This document shows, piece by piece, positions 10,693 to 21,906 of a stretch of 30,828 nucleotides of DNA. Positions within the stretch are counted from its first letter, which is position 1. Each line of letters opens with the position of its first letter. The stretch is taken from positions 1-30,828 of the forward strand of contig NW_021832356.1 in NCBI RefSeq assembly GCF_006345805.1, given 5' to 3'. Source of the stretch: Octopus sinensis. Lineage: Eukaryota. The translations under genes were made by a program, and so were the position numbers. The notes under the pieces are model-generated. The model ran no database searches and was not told the origin of the DNA. It was given only the letters and a program-made list of their open reading frames with translations.

Positions 10693-11747
10693 AGACAGTA
10701 GGGTGTGATTTGAGGGAGATTTGGCTGCTATTTCTTGCATGCTTAGCTACCACATAAGAGGTTTCCATCATTGGATTATATATACATGAGACAGTAGGTG
10801 GAGATTTGGCTGCTATTTCTTGCATGCCTAGCTATCATATAAGAAGTTTCCATCATTGGATTATATATACATGGGACAGTAGGGTGTGATTTGAGGGAGA
10901 TTTGGCTGCTATTTCTTGCATGCCTAGCTACCACATAAGAGGTTTCCATCATTGGATTATATATACATGGGACAGTAGGGTGTGATTTGAGGGAGATTTG
11001 GCAGCTATTTCTTACATGCCTAGCTACCATATATAAGGTTTCCCTCATTGGATTATATATACATGAGATAGTAGGGTGTGATTTGAGGGAGATTTGGCTG
11101 CTATTTCTTGCATGCTTAGCTACCACATAAGAGGTTTCTCTCCTGGGATTATATATACATGAGACAGTAGGGTGTGATTTGAGGGAGATTTGGCTGCTAT
11201 TTCTTGCATGTCTAGCTACCACATAAGAGGTTTCTCTCCTGGGATATAATACATGAGACAGTAGGGTGTGATTTGAGGGAGATTTGGCTGCTATTTCTTG
11301 CATGTCTAGCTACCACATAAGAGGTTTCTCTCCTGGGATTATATATACATGAGACAGTAGGGTGTGATTTGAGGGAGATTTGGCTGCTATTTCTTGCATG
11401 CCTAGCTACCACATAAGAGGTTTCTCTCCTGGGATTATATATACAGGAGACAGTAGGGTGTGATTTGAGGGAGATTTGGCTGCTATTTCTTGCATGCCTA
11501 GCTACCACATAAGAGGTTTCTCTCCTGGGATTATATATACAGGAGACAGTAGGGTGTGATTTGAGGGAGATTTGGCTGCTATTTCTTGCATGCCTAGCTA
11601 CCACATAAGAGGTTTCCCTCATTGGATTATATAAACATGAGACAGTAGGGTGTGATTTGAGGGAGATTTGGCTGCTATTTCTTGCATGCCTACCTACCAC
11701 ATAAGAGGTTTCCCTCATTGGATTATATAAACATGAGACAGTAGGGT
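10690..11747. repeat. 96-bp minisatellite, 11 units plus a partial unit
   Basis: Unit starts at 10690, 10786, 10871, 10967, 11063, 11159, 11253, 11349, 11445, 11541, 11637 and 11733. Confidence 0.95.
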
Positions 11748-12030
11748 TTTGTATACAAATACATCTATGTAGACAGTGTAATCAAAGATAGAAAAATAGG
11801 TGATGGATGTATATGCACATTTCAGAAGTTTTTGCTCTTTCATCAGTAACCATCCTTAAATGCACTGCTTAAATCGCCACCAAATTAGCAGTGCAACATA
11901 ATTGAATATACCCGTTTTACATATTAAATGCATTCCTGGTGCAACTGCTGATGCAACTGCTGGTGCAACTGCTGGTGCATACATATTAATTGCTGGTAGA
12001 AACACCATATTTTATTATACAATATTGTAT
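11747..12030 (-). mobile_element. Hammerhead-bearing repeat, copy 2 (inverted, degenerate core)
   Basis: Reverse complement aligns with copies 1 and 3. Core CTGATGA-AAGAG caaaaa CTTCT-GAAA-TGTG-CA at 11846 down to 11814. A 12-bp unit GCAACTGCTG(G/A)T occurs three times at ~11940-11976. Confidence 0.8.
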
Positions 12031-12380
12031 CCTACTTAATTTTCTATCTTCGACGGCATTGCTTACATAACCGTATTCTTATAAGAAACATCGTAACTCA
12101 GAGTTGGCTCTAGGAAATAAAACTGAGGAAATAATATTAGAAAGTGACTGAATTGCACTGCTAACACAGCTAGGACAGAGCATTGACTTATGAGTCTTTA
12201 ATATACTTGGTCGTATATTCTGGTTGCATAACAAAACATGGTGTCCCTAACCTAATACGTGTACCAGCAGTTGCCAGGAATGCATTTAATATATAAAATC
12301 GGTACATTCAATTATATTACATTGTTATATTTGGTGGTTGTTAAAGCAATGTGTTTGTGGCTGGCTAATTGGTTGGATAT

Positions 12381-12421
12381 TGTACTGATGAAAGAGCAAT
12401 GAGTCTTGAAATGTGTATATA
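12381..12421 (+). ncRNA. Minimal hammerhead-ribozyme-like motif
   Basis: TGTA-CTGATGA-AAGA gcaatgag TCTT-GAAA-TGTG-TA-TATA. Confidence 0.55.
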
Positions 12422-12472
12422 CACCCATTACTTATTTTTCTATCTTCAATTGCATTGTTTTCATAGACATAT

Positions 12473-12635
12473 AGGCGCAGGAGTGGCTGTGTGGTAAGTA
12501 GTTTGCTAACCAACCACATGGTTCCAGGTTCAGTCCCACTGCGTGGCATCTTGGGCAAGTGTCTTCTGCTATAGCCCCGGGCCGACCAATGCCTTGTGAG
12601 TGGATGTGGTAGACGGAAATTGAAAGAAGCCTGTC

Positions 12636-12676
<41 letters not shown>

Positions 12677-12897
12677 GTGTGTGTGTGTTTGTGTTTGTCC
12701 CCTAGCATTGCTTGACAACCGATGCTGGTGTGTTTATGTCCCCGTCACTTAGCTGTTCGGCAAAAGAGACCGATGAATAAGTACTGGGCTTACGAAGAAT
12801 AAGTCCCGGGGTCGATTTGCTCGACTAAAGGCGGTGCTCCAGCATGGCCGCAGTCAAATGACTGAAACAAGTAAAAGAGTAAAAGAGTAAAAAGAGT
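12473..12897 (+). mobile_element. Family B SINE, full length, nested in repeat copy 3
   Basis: Complete head-to-tail match to the other copies. The empty site is visible in copy 1 at ~6680-6695. Confidence 0.92.
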
Positions 12898-12967
12898 ATA
12901 TTTGTATACAAAATGTAATAAATCAGTACCAGCTTTAGTTTCTATAGACAATCCATAGAAATATATT

Positions 12968-13194
12968 TTAACCCTTTAGTGTTCAGATTATTCTATCAAA
13001 CATAATACCTATTGATTCCCATTGATTTGAATTAATCATGCATTATCTCATATCTTCAAGATCTTGATGGTGTAATTACTTAATGTAGAATAACATTGTA
13101 GGGTAGGTGTGAGAGCCTGGATCTGGTCAGTTTGAACATAAAACAGATTAAATATTTTGGCCGGATATGGCCGGTTTAAATACTAAAGGGTTAA
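12968..13194. mobile_element. piggyBac-type MITE (219 bp plus TTAA target duplication)
   Basis: TTAA|CCCTTTAGTGTTCAG ... TTTAAATACTAAAGGG|TTAA. The CCC/GGG termini and TTAA TSD are piggyBac hallmarks. Confidence 0.8.
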
Positions 13195-13324
13195 ACGGTG
13201 ACTGAATTGCACTGCTAACATAGCTTGGACACACTGGATATACTTGTTAGTATATTACAGTTGCACAACAAAATACAGTGTTCCTACCAGCAGTTAATGT
13301 ATACTACATTCAGTGGAGGGGGGG

Positions 13325-13510
13325 TCTTGCCTTACAGGTACCTGATGACCTCACTAGGGCTGGGGCCATGAAACAAAGTCTCCCATACAGACTGTGGAGT
13401 GGTTGGCATTAGGAATGGCATCGAGCCACTGAAACCATGCCAGAGAAGACACTGGAGCTCAACACAGTCCTATGGCTGAATGGATCCTGTTGAGTCAGGT
13501 GATGACTGAT
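13325..13510 (+). mobile_element. Diverged family A-related fragment
   Basis: GGAGTGGTTGGCATTAGGAATGGCATC resembles the family A GAGTGGTTGGCGTTAGGAAGGGCATC. Confidence 0.5.
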
Positions 13511-13629
13511 GATGAAGATGATCAGGATCATGGTGGTGGTGGTGGTGGTGGTGGTGAAGGCGAAGATATTTATAGTGCTCAGAGAAAGGCAAACAGACAC
13601 AGAAACAGAGACACAAAGAGAGAGAGAGA

Positions 13630-13643
13630 GATAGATAGATAGG

Positions 13644-13711
<68 letters not shown>

Positions 13712-13744
13712 AAGACAGACATGTAGGTAAATAGATAGACAGAC

Positions 13745-13791
<47 letters not shown>

Positions 13792-13816
13792 CAGATAGAT
13801 AGGTAGATAGACAGAC

Positions 13817-13851
<35 letters not shown>

Positions 13852-13928
13852 TAGATAGATAGATAGATAGACAGACAGATAGATAGATATTTAGATGGAT
13901 GGTTAGACAGACAGACAGATAGATAGAT
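13630..13928. repeat. (GATA/GACA)n microsatellite
   Basis: Direct reading. Confidence 0.95.
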
Positions 13929-14659
13929 AAGTTTCTTTATTGGCCACACAGGGCTGCACACAGATGGGACAAGTTACAAGGTAGAGCTTTTCTTTTGGGG
14001 GATGAAAAAAACAAAAGGAAAAAAGGGGGGTGGCGTAGGTTTTCGATCAAGAGGGATCGTAAAAGGGAAGAAAAGAACAAAAAAAAAATAAATAAATAAA
14101 ATAAAAAATAAAAAGAATAAAAAGGAAAAAAAAAGAAAAGGAAAAGGAACAAAAGAAAAGAGAAATGAAAAAAGAAGAAAAAAGGGGAAAAAAAGGGGAA
14201 GAGAAAAAAAAATTTAAAAGGGATCATGTATCACAGTGTCATGATGTATGGTGTAAAGGGGAAAGCAAGTAAGGTTTATCCGTGGGAAGAAAAGCCTACG
14301 AAAAAGACCACGGTAACCTTGGTCAATATTGTTATATGTTACCACATTTGTTTGCAAGTGGGTAACCCTCTGTTTTCAATTTCTGGGTTCATAGGATTAT
14401 GCTCAAGGTGGCTTCGTCATTCATACGTGCCATCCTTGCTACATTCACCCATCTTTTTTTAAAACATTCGCTAGACAAAACTTGCCTCTCTACTCTCACT
14501 TTCCTTTCAAGTGGTACTTGAAGAAGTTGATGAGAGATTGACAGAGAGGAAAGTGGTTTGTCTCCAATCCTTTCAGACGCGTCCACCAAATACATTCTTT
14601 CGCCATCCACAAGGATGATGAAAATAGCTCTTCCTTCCCGTTGAAGGAAGGAGGCGTGA
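13929..14659 (-). mobile_element. 5'-truncated L1/Tx1-like LINE 3' end (ORF2 C-terminus and 3' UTR)
   Basis: Joining two frames across one frameshift near 14505 gives [60 protein letters not shown]. The AKxxIWxxR motif is typical of L1-clade ORF2 ends. T-rich UTR, AATAAA (rc at 13936-13941), then (TATC)n. Confidence 0.7.
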
Positions 14660-14671
14660 GATAGATAGATT

Positions 14672-14724
<53 letters not shown>

Positions 14725-14728
14725 ATAG

Positions 14729-14777
<49 letters not shown>

Positions 14778-14800
14778 GGTAGATAGGTAGATAGACAGAC

Positions 14801-14833
<33 letters not shown>

Positions 14834-14885
14834 TCTAGGTAAATAGACAGACAGACAGACAGATAGACAGATAGATAGATAGATA
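14660..14885. repeat. (GATA/GACA)n microsatellite
   Basis: Direct reading. Confidence 0.95.
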
Positions 14886-15179
14886 CATAAATATAAGACC
14901 AAAGGGGTATGTGCATTGCTATATATATGTAAAAAAATATGTAAAAAAATACAAACTGGGACAAGAACGCAAAACATTTAGAAGACGATACAAAAAACAC
15001 GGACGGGACATTCGAAGCCTTCAATCTTCAGTCAAGAAACGGATCATCCTCGCAGTTTTGGCTGATTAATCTTGAGATTGCTCCGATCTGGCCAGCCCCA
15101 AAGGAAAATTTAAGCCAAGCGCATTAGATAGACGGATAGATAGATAGATTGATGCGCCTACTCATGCATATATCTGCAT

Positions 15180-15206
15180 GTATATGATCATATATATACA
15201 TACAAC

Positions 15207-15239
<33 letters not shown>

Positions 15240-15326
15240 CCTATATATATACATGCACAGAGAACTAGCTATATGTCTATGTGCATTTACGTACATATGT
15301 GTGTGTGTGTATGTGTGTGTATGTGT

Positions 15327-15378
<52 letters not shown>

Positions 15379-15534
15379 ATGTGCAGATGTGTCTGCGTGT
15401 GGGTGTGAGCATGAAGGCAAGAGTTGTATCTGATAAGCTGATTTTCCGCCAACCCCAGAATGACACAAACACACACACACACACACACACATACACATAT
15501 ATATGTATATGCATACATACATACATAAGATATA

Positions 15535-15565
<31 letters not shown>

Positions 15566-16335
15566 AATAACGTGGTAAATATATAAAGCCGTACATACAT
15601 ACATACATACATACATATATGTACTTATATATAGATATTTGATCGGGTTAATTCGGAGTAATAAGCAAGCCAGATTGTTAGAATTAAGATCCTTGAATAA
15701 CCTGCTCAAGGCTGCTGATTCCAAAGATGAGGAATTTCGGAACAAAGATAAGCTCTAAGTAGGATATTAACAATATATACTTATATACTGTACATATATA
15801 TATATATACGTGCATATGTACATACATACATATATACATATATAAATATATAATAATATATAATATATATATATAATATATATATATATATAATATATAA
15901 TATATATATATAGATATATATATATTTATATATAATAATATATATATATAATATAATATATATTATATATGTATTATGTATATATACAAATATATATATA
16001 TGTACAATATATACATATACATACATATATATATTGTATTATGTATATCTATATATATTATATATATAAGCATGGAAGTGAATGTTTATGATGATGATTT
16101 AATATGAATATATGTGTATGTGTTTATATATATATATATATATAGATATATAATACATATATATATACATCTATACATATATATATATAATTATATAATA
16201 TATTTATATATATTATATATATATATATATATACAACATATATATATAATTTATATATATATCTATATCATCATCATCATATATATATAATATATATATA
16301 CATATATTATACACATATATATATATATACATAGG
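15180..16335. repeat. (TA)n/(TG)n/(CA)n low-complexity tracts (similar tracts at 1250-1560, 1950-2135, 3200-4040, 8400-9215, 28095-28230 and 30340-30540)
   Basis: Direct reading. These tracts explain the YIYI/CVCV/HTHT ORFs. Confidence 0.95.
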
Positions 16336-16602
16336 ACAGCGTTGGTTCTGTGAGATAAGTTTTAAGAGGTATTTTGTGACCATGTTACTCTTTTTGTGTT
16401 TGTTCTTTTTCCGCTTTTATTGCTGTTTTTTGTCCTTGATGGGGTATTTTCTTTCCTTTCTCATGATTATGGAATAATATATATTAAGACGACTTTGCTT
16501 CTTGGTGGTGGCAAATTGAAAGAGGGCTTACATCTGTGTGTGTTGATGCCATTTAGGAAAGTAAACTTCTTTCTACAGAACCATGCCTGTACCTATGTGC
16601 AT

Positions 16603-16632
<30 letters not shown>

Positions 16633-16633
<1 letters not shown>

Positions 16634-18247
16634 GGCACGGGAGTGGCTGTGTGGTAAGTAGCTTGCTAACCAGCCACATGGTTCCGGGTTCAGTCCCACT
16701 GCGTGGCATCTTGGGCAAGTGTCTTCTGCTAAGCCCGGGCCGACCAATGCCTTGTGAGTGGATTTGGTAGACGGAAACTGAAAGAAGCCTGTCGTATATA
16801 TATATATAGGCGCAGGAGTGGCTGTGTGGTAAGTAGCTTGCTAACCAACCACATGGTTCCGGGTTCAGTCAAACGCGTGGCATCTCGGGCAAGTGTCTTC
16901 TGCTATAGCCCCTAGCCGACCAATGCCTTGTGAGTGGATTTGGTAGACGGAAACTGAAAGAAGCCTGTCGTATATATATATATATATATATAGGCGCAGG
17001 AGTGGCTGTGTGGTAAGTAGCTTGCTAACCAACCACATGGTTCAGGGTTCAGTCAAACTGCGTGCATCTTGGGCAAGGTCTTCTGTAATAGCCCTGGCCG
17101 ACCAATGCCTTGTGAGTGGATTGGTAGACGGAAACTGAAAGAAGCCCATCGTTATATATGTATATAAATATATATATAGGCATGGGAGTGGATGTGTGGT
17201 AAGTAGCTTGCTAACCAACCACATGGTTCTGGGTTCAGTCCCACTGCGTGGCATCTTGGGCAAGTGTGTTCTACTATAGCCCCGGGCTGACCAATGCCTT
17301 GTGAGTGGATTTGGTAGACGGAAACTGAAAGAAGCCTGTCGTATAATATATATAGGCGCAGGAGTGGCTGTGTGGTAAGTTAGGGCTAACCAACCACATG
17401 GTTCCGGGTTCAGTCCCACTGCGTGACATCTTGGGCAAGTGTCGTCTGCTATAGCCCCGGGCCGACCAATGCCTTGTGAGTGGATCTGGTAACGGAAACT
17501 GAATGAAGCCCATCGTATATATGTATATAAATATATATATATAGGCACCGGTAGTGGCTGTGTGGTAAGTCTTGCTACTAACAACCACATGGTCCGGGTT
17601 CAGTCCCAGTGCGTGGCATCTTGGGCAAGTGTCTTCTGCTAAAGCCCCGGGCCGACCAATGCCTTGTGAGTGGATTTGGTAGACGGAAACTGAAAGAAGC
17701 CTGTCGTATAATATATATATATGCCGCAGGAGTGGCTGTGTGGTAAGTAGCTTGCTAACAACCACATGGTTCCGGGTTCAGTCCCACTGCGTGGCATCTT
17801 GGGCAAGTGTCTTCTGCTATAGCCCCTGGCCGACCAATGCCTTGTGAGTGGATTTGGTAGACGGAAACTGAAAGAAGCCTGTCGTATATATAAATATATA
17901 TATATAGGCACGGGAGTGGATGTGTGGTAAGTAGTGCTAACCAACCACATGGTTCCGGGTTCAGTCCCACTGCGTGGCATCTTGGGCAAGTGTCTTCTAC
18001 TATAGCCCCTGGCCGACCAATGCCTTGTGAGTGGATTTGGTAGACGGAAACTGAAAGAAGCCTGTCGTATATATAAATATATATATATAGGCACGGGAGT
18101 GGATGTGTGGTAAGTAGCTTGCTAACCAACCACATGGTTCCGGGTTCAGTCCCACTGCGTGGCATCTTGGGCAAGTGTCTTCTACTATAGCCCCAGGCCG
18201 ACCAATGCCTTGTGAGTGGATTTGGTAGACGGAAACTGAAAGAAGCC
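16633..18247 (+). repeat. Tandem array of nine family B SINE 5' halves (~175-190-bp units)
   Basis: Heads at ~16633, 16808, 16992, 17178, 17354, 17543, 17722, 17907 and 18089. Each runs to GAAAGAAGCC(TGTCG) and is followed by (TA)n, except the last. Confidence 0.95.
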
Positions 18248-18490
18248 GGGCGTTGTGAGTGTTTATTGAGCGATAACACCTAAAGCTCCACGAGGCTCCG
18301 GCAGGGAGTGATGGCGATCCCTGCTGTACTCTTTCGCCACAACTTTCTCTCACTCTTTCTTCTGTCAGCCTGCTCGCTTAGCCAGTGGGGTGGCGTCATT
18401 TAAAGGCTAAAAACAATGTGAAGCGCATTGTGACCAGCGATGTGTAGCAACATCTGATAGTCTGGTCGGTCACGGTGATCACAGTGATAC
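18246..18490 (+). mobile_element. Family E SINE-like element lacking its head, fused to the last array unit
   Basis: Its 3' part (GCGCATTGTGACCAGCGATGTG...GGTCGGTCACG) matches the reverse complement of 30733-30828. Confidence 0.75.
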
Positions 18491-18513
18491 ATATATATAT
18501 ATTTAAGGATGAA

Positions 18514-18731
18514 GATGGTGAGCTGGCAGAAACATTAGCACATCGGGAGAAATGCGTAGCCGTATTTCGTCTGCCGTTATGTTCTGAGTTCAAATTCCGC
18601 CGAGGTCGACTTTGCCTTTCATCCTTTCGGGGTCGATAAATAAAGTACCAGTTACACACTGGGGTCGATGTAATCAACTTAATCCCTTTGTCTGTCCTTG
18701 TTTGTCCCCTCTATGTTTAGCCCCTTGTGGG
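18514..18731 (+). mobile_element. Family C SINE
   Basis: Aligns with 2544-2770. Confidence 0.88.
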
Positions 18732-18762
18732 ATATATAAAATTATATATATATATATATATA

Positions 18763-19025
18763 TACTCTTTTATTTGTTTACTCTTTTATTTGTTTCAGTC
18801 ATTTGACTGTGGCCATGCTGGAGCACCGCCTTTAGTCGAGCAAATCGACCCCAGGACTTATTCTTTGTAAGCCCAGTACTTATTCTATCGGTGTCTTTTG
18901 TCGAACCGCTAAGTTTACTCTTTTTACTTGTTTCAGTCATTTGACTGTGGCCATGCTGGAGCACCGCCTTTAGTCGAGCAAATCGACCCCAGGACTTATT
19001 CTTTGTAAGCCTAGTACTTATTCTA
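18763..19025 (-). mobile_element. Two tandem family B SINE 3' fragments
   Basis: TTTCAGTCATTTGACTGTGGCCATGCTGGAGCACCGCC...CCCAGGACTTATTC occurs twice (18763-18914 and 18916-19025). Confidence 0.9.
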
Positions 19026-19027
19026 AT

Positions 19028-19087
19028 CAGGAATTGAACTTATCACCTTACAACCATGAGCCGAATGCCCTAACCACTAAACCATGC
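19028..19087 (-). mobile_element. Family D SINE head fragment
   Basis: CAGGAATTGAACT...CATGAGCCGAATGCCCTAACCACTAA matches 27718-27770. Confidence 0.75.
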
Positions 19088-19104
19088 AGAAAGAACCCCA
19101 CCCA

Positions 19105-19235
19105 TTAAAATCCTTGATCTCCAATTTTGATGAAATTCGAATCATAGGTATTCGACTTCAATAGAGAAAGTATAAAAAGAAAAGTCTAATTCTTCAATTC
19201 CATGGGACACGGGCAACGCCGGGTATCTCTGCTAG
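19105..19235 (+). mobile_element. Helitron-like 3' end
   Basis: CGGGCAACGCCGGG hairpin-like motif (19210-19223) followed by CTAG (19232-19235), as at 7572-7599. The 5' boundary is a guess. Confidence 0.55.
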
Positions 19236-19339
19236 AATTGTTAGGAAATTATAAAAACGATGAAAATGTTTTTATCCTATAATTTTAAGTTAAAGAGGTA
19301 AACAGACTGCTTTCATGCTGTGGAGCGGCGGCAGCAGCA

Positions 19340-19431
19340 GCATTGTGATCATCATCAACATCATCATCATCACCATCATCTTCATCACCATCATCATCAT
19401 CATTGTCATCATCATCAACATCATCATCATC

Positions 19432-19463
<32 letters not shown>

Positions 19464-19548
19464 CATCACCATCATCATCATCATTGTCATCATCATCAAC
19501 ATCATCATCATCACCATCATCTTCATCACCATCATCACCATCATCATC

Positions 19549-19602
<54 letters not shown>

Positions 19603-19638
19603 GTCATCATCACCATCATCATCATCATCATCATCAAT

Positions 19639-19680
<42 letters not shown>

Positions 19681-19681
19681 G

Positions 19682-19733
<52 letters not shown>

Positions 19734-19747
19734 CATCACCATCATCT

Positions 19748-19778
<31 letters not shown>

Positions 19779-19779
19779 C

Positions 19780-19813
<34 letters not shown>

Positions 19814-19907
19814 ACATCATCATCATCATCATCATCATTGTCATCATCATCAATTATCATCATCACCATCATCTTCATCATCATCATCATTGTCATCATC
19901 ATCAATT

Positions 19908-19964
<57 letters not shown>

Positions 19965-19965
19965 G

Positions 19966-20017
<52 letters not shown>

Positions 20018-20031
20018 CATCACCATCATCT

Positions 20032-20062
<31 letters not shown>

Positions 20063-20193
20063 CATCAACATCATCATCATCAACATCATCATCATCAACA
20101 TCATCTTCATCATCATCATCATTGTCATCATCATCAATTATCATCATCACCATCATCTTCATCATCATCAACATCATCATCATCAACATCATC

Positions 20194-20224
<31 letters not shown>

Positions 20225-20466
20225 ACATCATCATCATCAACATCATCATCATCAACATCATCTTCATCATCATCATCATTGTCATCATCATCACATCATC
20301 ATCATCAACATCATCATCATCAAAATCATCTTCATCAATCATCATTGTCATCATCATCAAATCATCATCATAACATCATCTCATCATCATCATCATTGTC
20401 ATCATCATCAACATCATCATCATCAACATCATCTTCATCATCATCATCATTGTCATCATCATCAAC

Positions 20467-20518
<52 letters not shown>

Positions 20519-20628
20519 ACATCATCATCATCATCATCATCATTGTCATCATCATCAACATCATCATCATCAACATCATCTTCATCATCATCATCATTGT
20601 CATCATCATCAACATCATCATCATCACC

Positions 20629-20664
<36 letters not shown>

Positions 20665-20982
20665 ACATCATCTTCATCATCATCATCATTGTCATCATCA
20701 TCAACATCATCATCATCAACATCATCTTCATCATCATCATCATTGTCATCATCATCAACATCATCATCATCCACCATCGTCGTCATCATCATCATCAACA
20801 TCATCATCATGAACATCATCATCTCATCATCATTGTCATCATCATCAACATCATCATTCATCCATCTCATCATCATCATCATCAGCATCATCATCATCAT
20901 CAACATCATCATCATCATCATCATCATTGTCATCATCATCAACATCATCATCATCATCATCATCATTGTCATCATCATCAAC

Positions 20983-21031
<49 letters not shown>

Positions 21032-21108
21032 ACATCATCATCATCATCATCATTGTCATCATCATCAACATCATCATCATCATCATCATCATTGTCATCA
21101 TCATCAAC

Positions 21109-21160
<52 letters not shown>

Positions 21161-21161
21161 A

Positions 21162-21196
<35 letters not shown>

Positions 21197-21240
21197 ACAT
21201 CATCATCATCATCATCATCATCATTGTCATCATCATCAAC

Positions 21241-21292
<52 letters not shown>

Positions 21293-21332
21293 ACATCATC
21301 ATCATCATCATCATCATTGTCATCATCATCAA

Positions 21333-21367
<35 letters not shown>

Positions 21368-21478
21368 ACATCATCATCATCACCATCATCTTCATCATCA
21401 TCATCATTGTCATCATCATCAACATCATCATCATGAACATCATCATCATCATCATCATCATTGTCATCATCATCAATT

Positions 21479-21515
<37 letters not shown>

Positions 21516-21872
21516 CCATCATCTTCATCATCATCATCATTGTCATCATCATCAATTATCATCATCATCATCATCAACATCATCATCATCATCATCATCA
21601 TCAACATCATCATCATCACCATCATCTTCATCATCATCATCATTGTCATCATCATCAATTATCATCATCATCATCATCATCATCATATCATCATCATCAT
21701 CATCAACATCATCATCATCACCATCATCTCATCATCATCATCATCATTGTCATCATCATCAACATCATCATCATCAACATCATCTTCATCATCATCATCA
21801 TTGTCATCATCATCAACATCATCATCATCACCATCATCTTCATCATCATCATCATTGTCATCATCATCAATT

Positions 21873-21906
<34 letters not shown>

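Larger units (their letters stand above)
12222..12932 (+). mobile_element. Hammerhead-bearing repeat, copy 3, interrupted by a SINE
   Basis: Matches copy 1 on both sides of the SINE (...TCATAGACATA | TTTGTATACAAAA...AAATCAGT.CCAGCT). Confidence 0.85.

Noticed and set aside
10776-11718. ORFs with 32-aa repeats (RETSYVVARHARNSSQISLKSHPT...)
   Set aside because: They result from the 96-bp unit length. The frame breaks at indels in units 2 and 6, so there is no sign of frame conservation.
10690-11747. CRISPR-like regularity in this array and in 16633-18247
   Set aside because: Whole units repeat with no unique spacers, there are no cas genes, and the context is eukaryotic.
12462-12472. CATAGACATAT at both the family B insertion site and the family C TSD (26159), suggesting a shared target
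   Set aside because: Two cases, different families and orientations, in AT-rich DNA. Coincidence is likely.
13342-13382. CTGATGA...GAAACAAAGTC as a hammerhead core
   Set aside because: Stem II does not close next to GAAA, and the region looks like a diverged family A SINE.
15005-15035. Minus-strand CTGAAGA...GAATGTC as a hammerhead core
   Set aside because: GAAT in place of GAAA and no closing stem II pair. The surrounding 14890-15125 segment remains unclassified.
15636-15760. Candidate exon (plus: YLIGLIRSNKQARLLELRSLNNLLKAADSKDEEFRNKDKL*; minus: LIFVPKFLIFGISSLEQ)
   Set aside because: Plausible on either strand with mediocre splice sites, so it cannot be called without RNA data.
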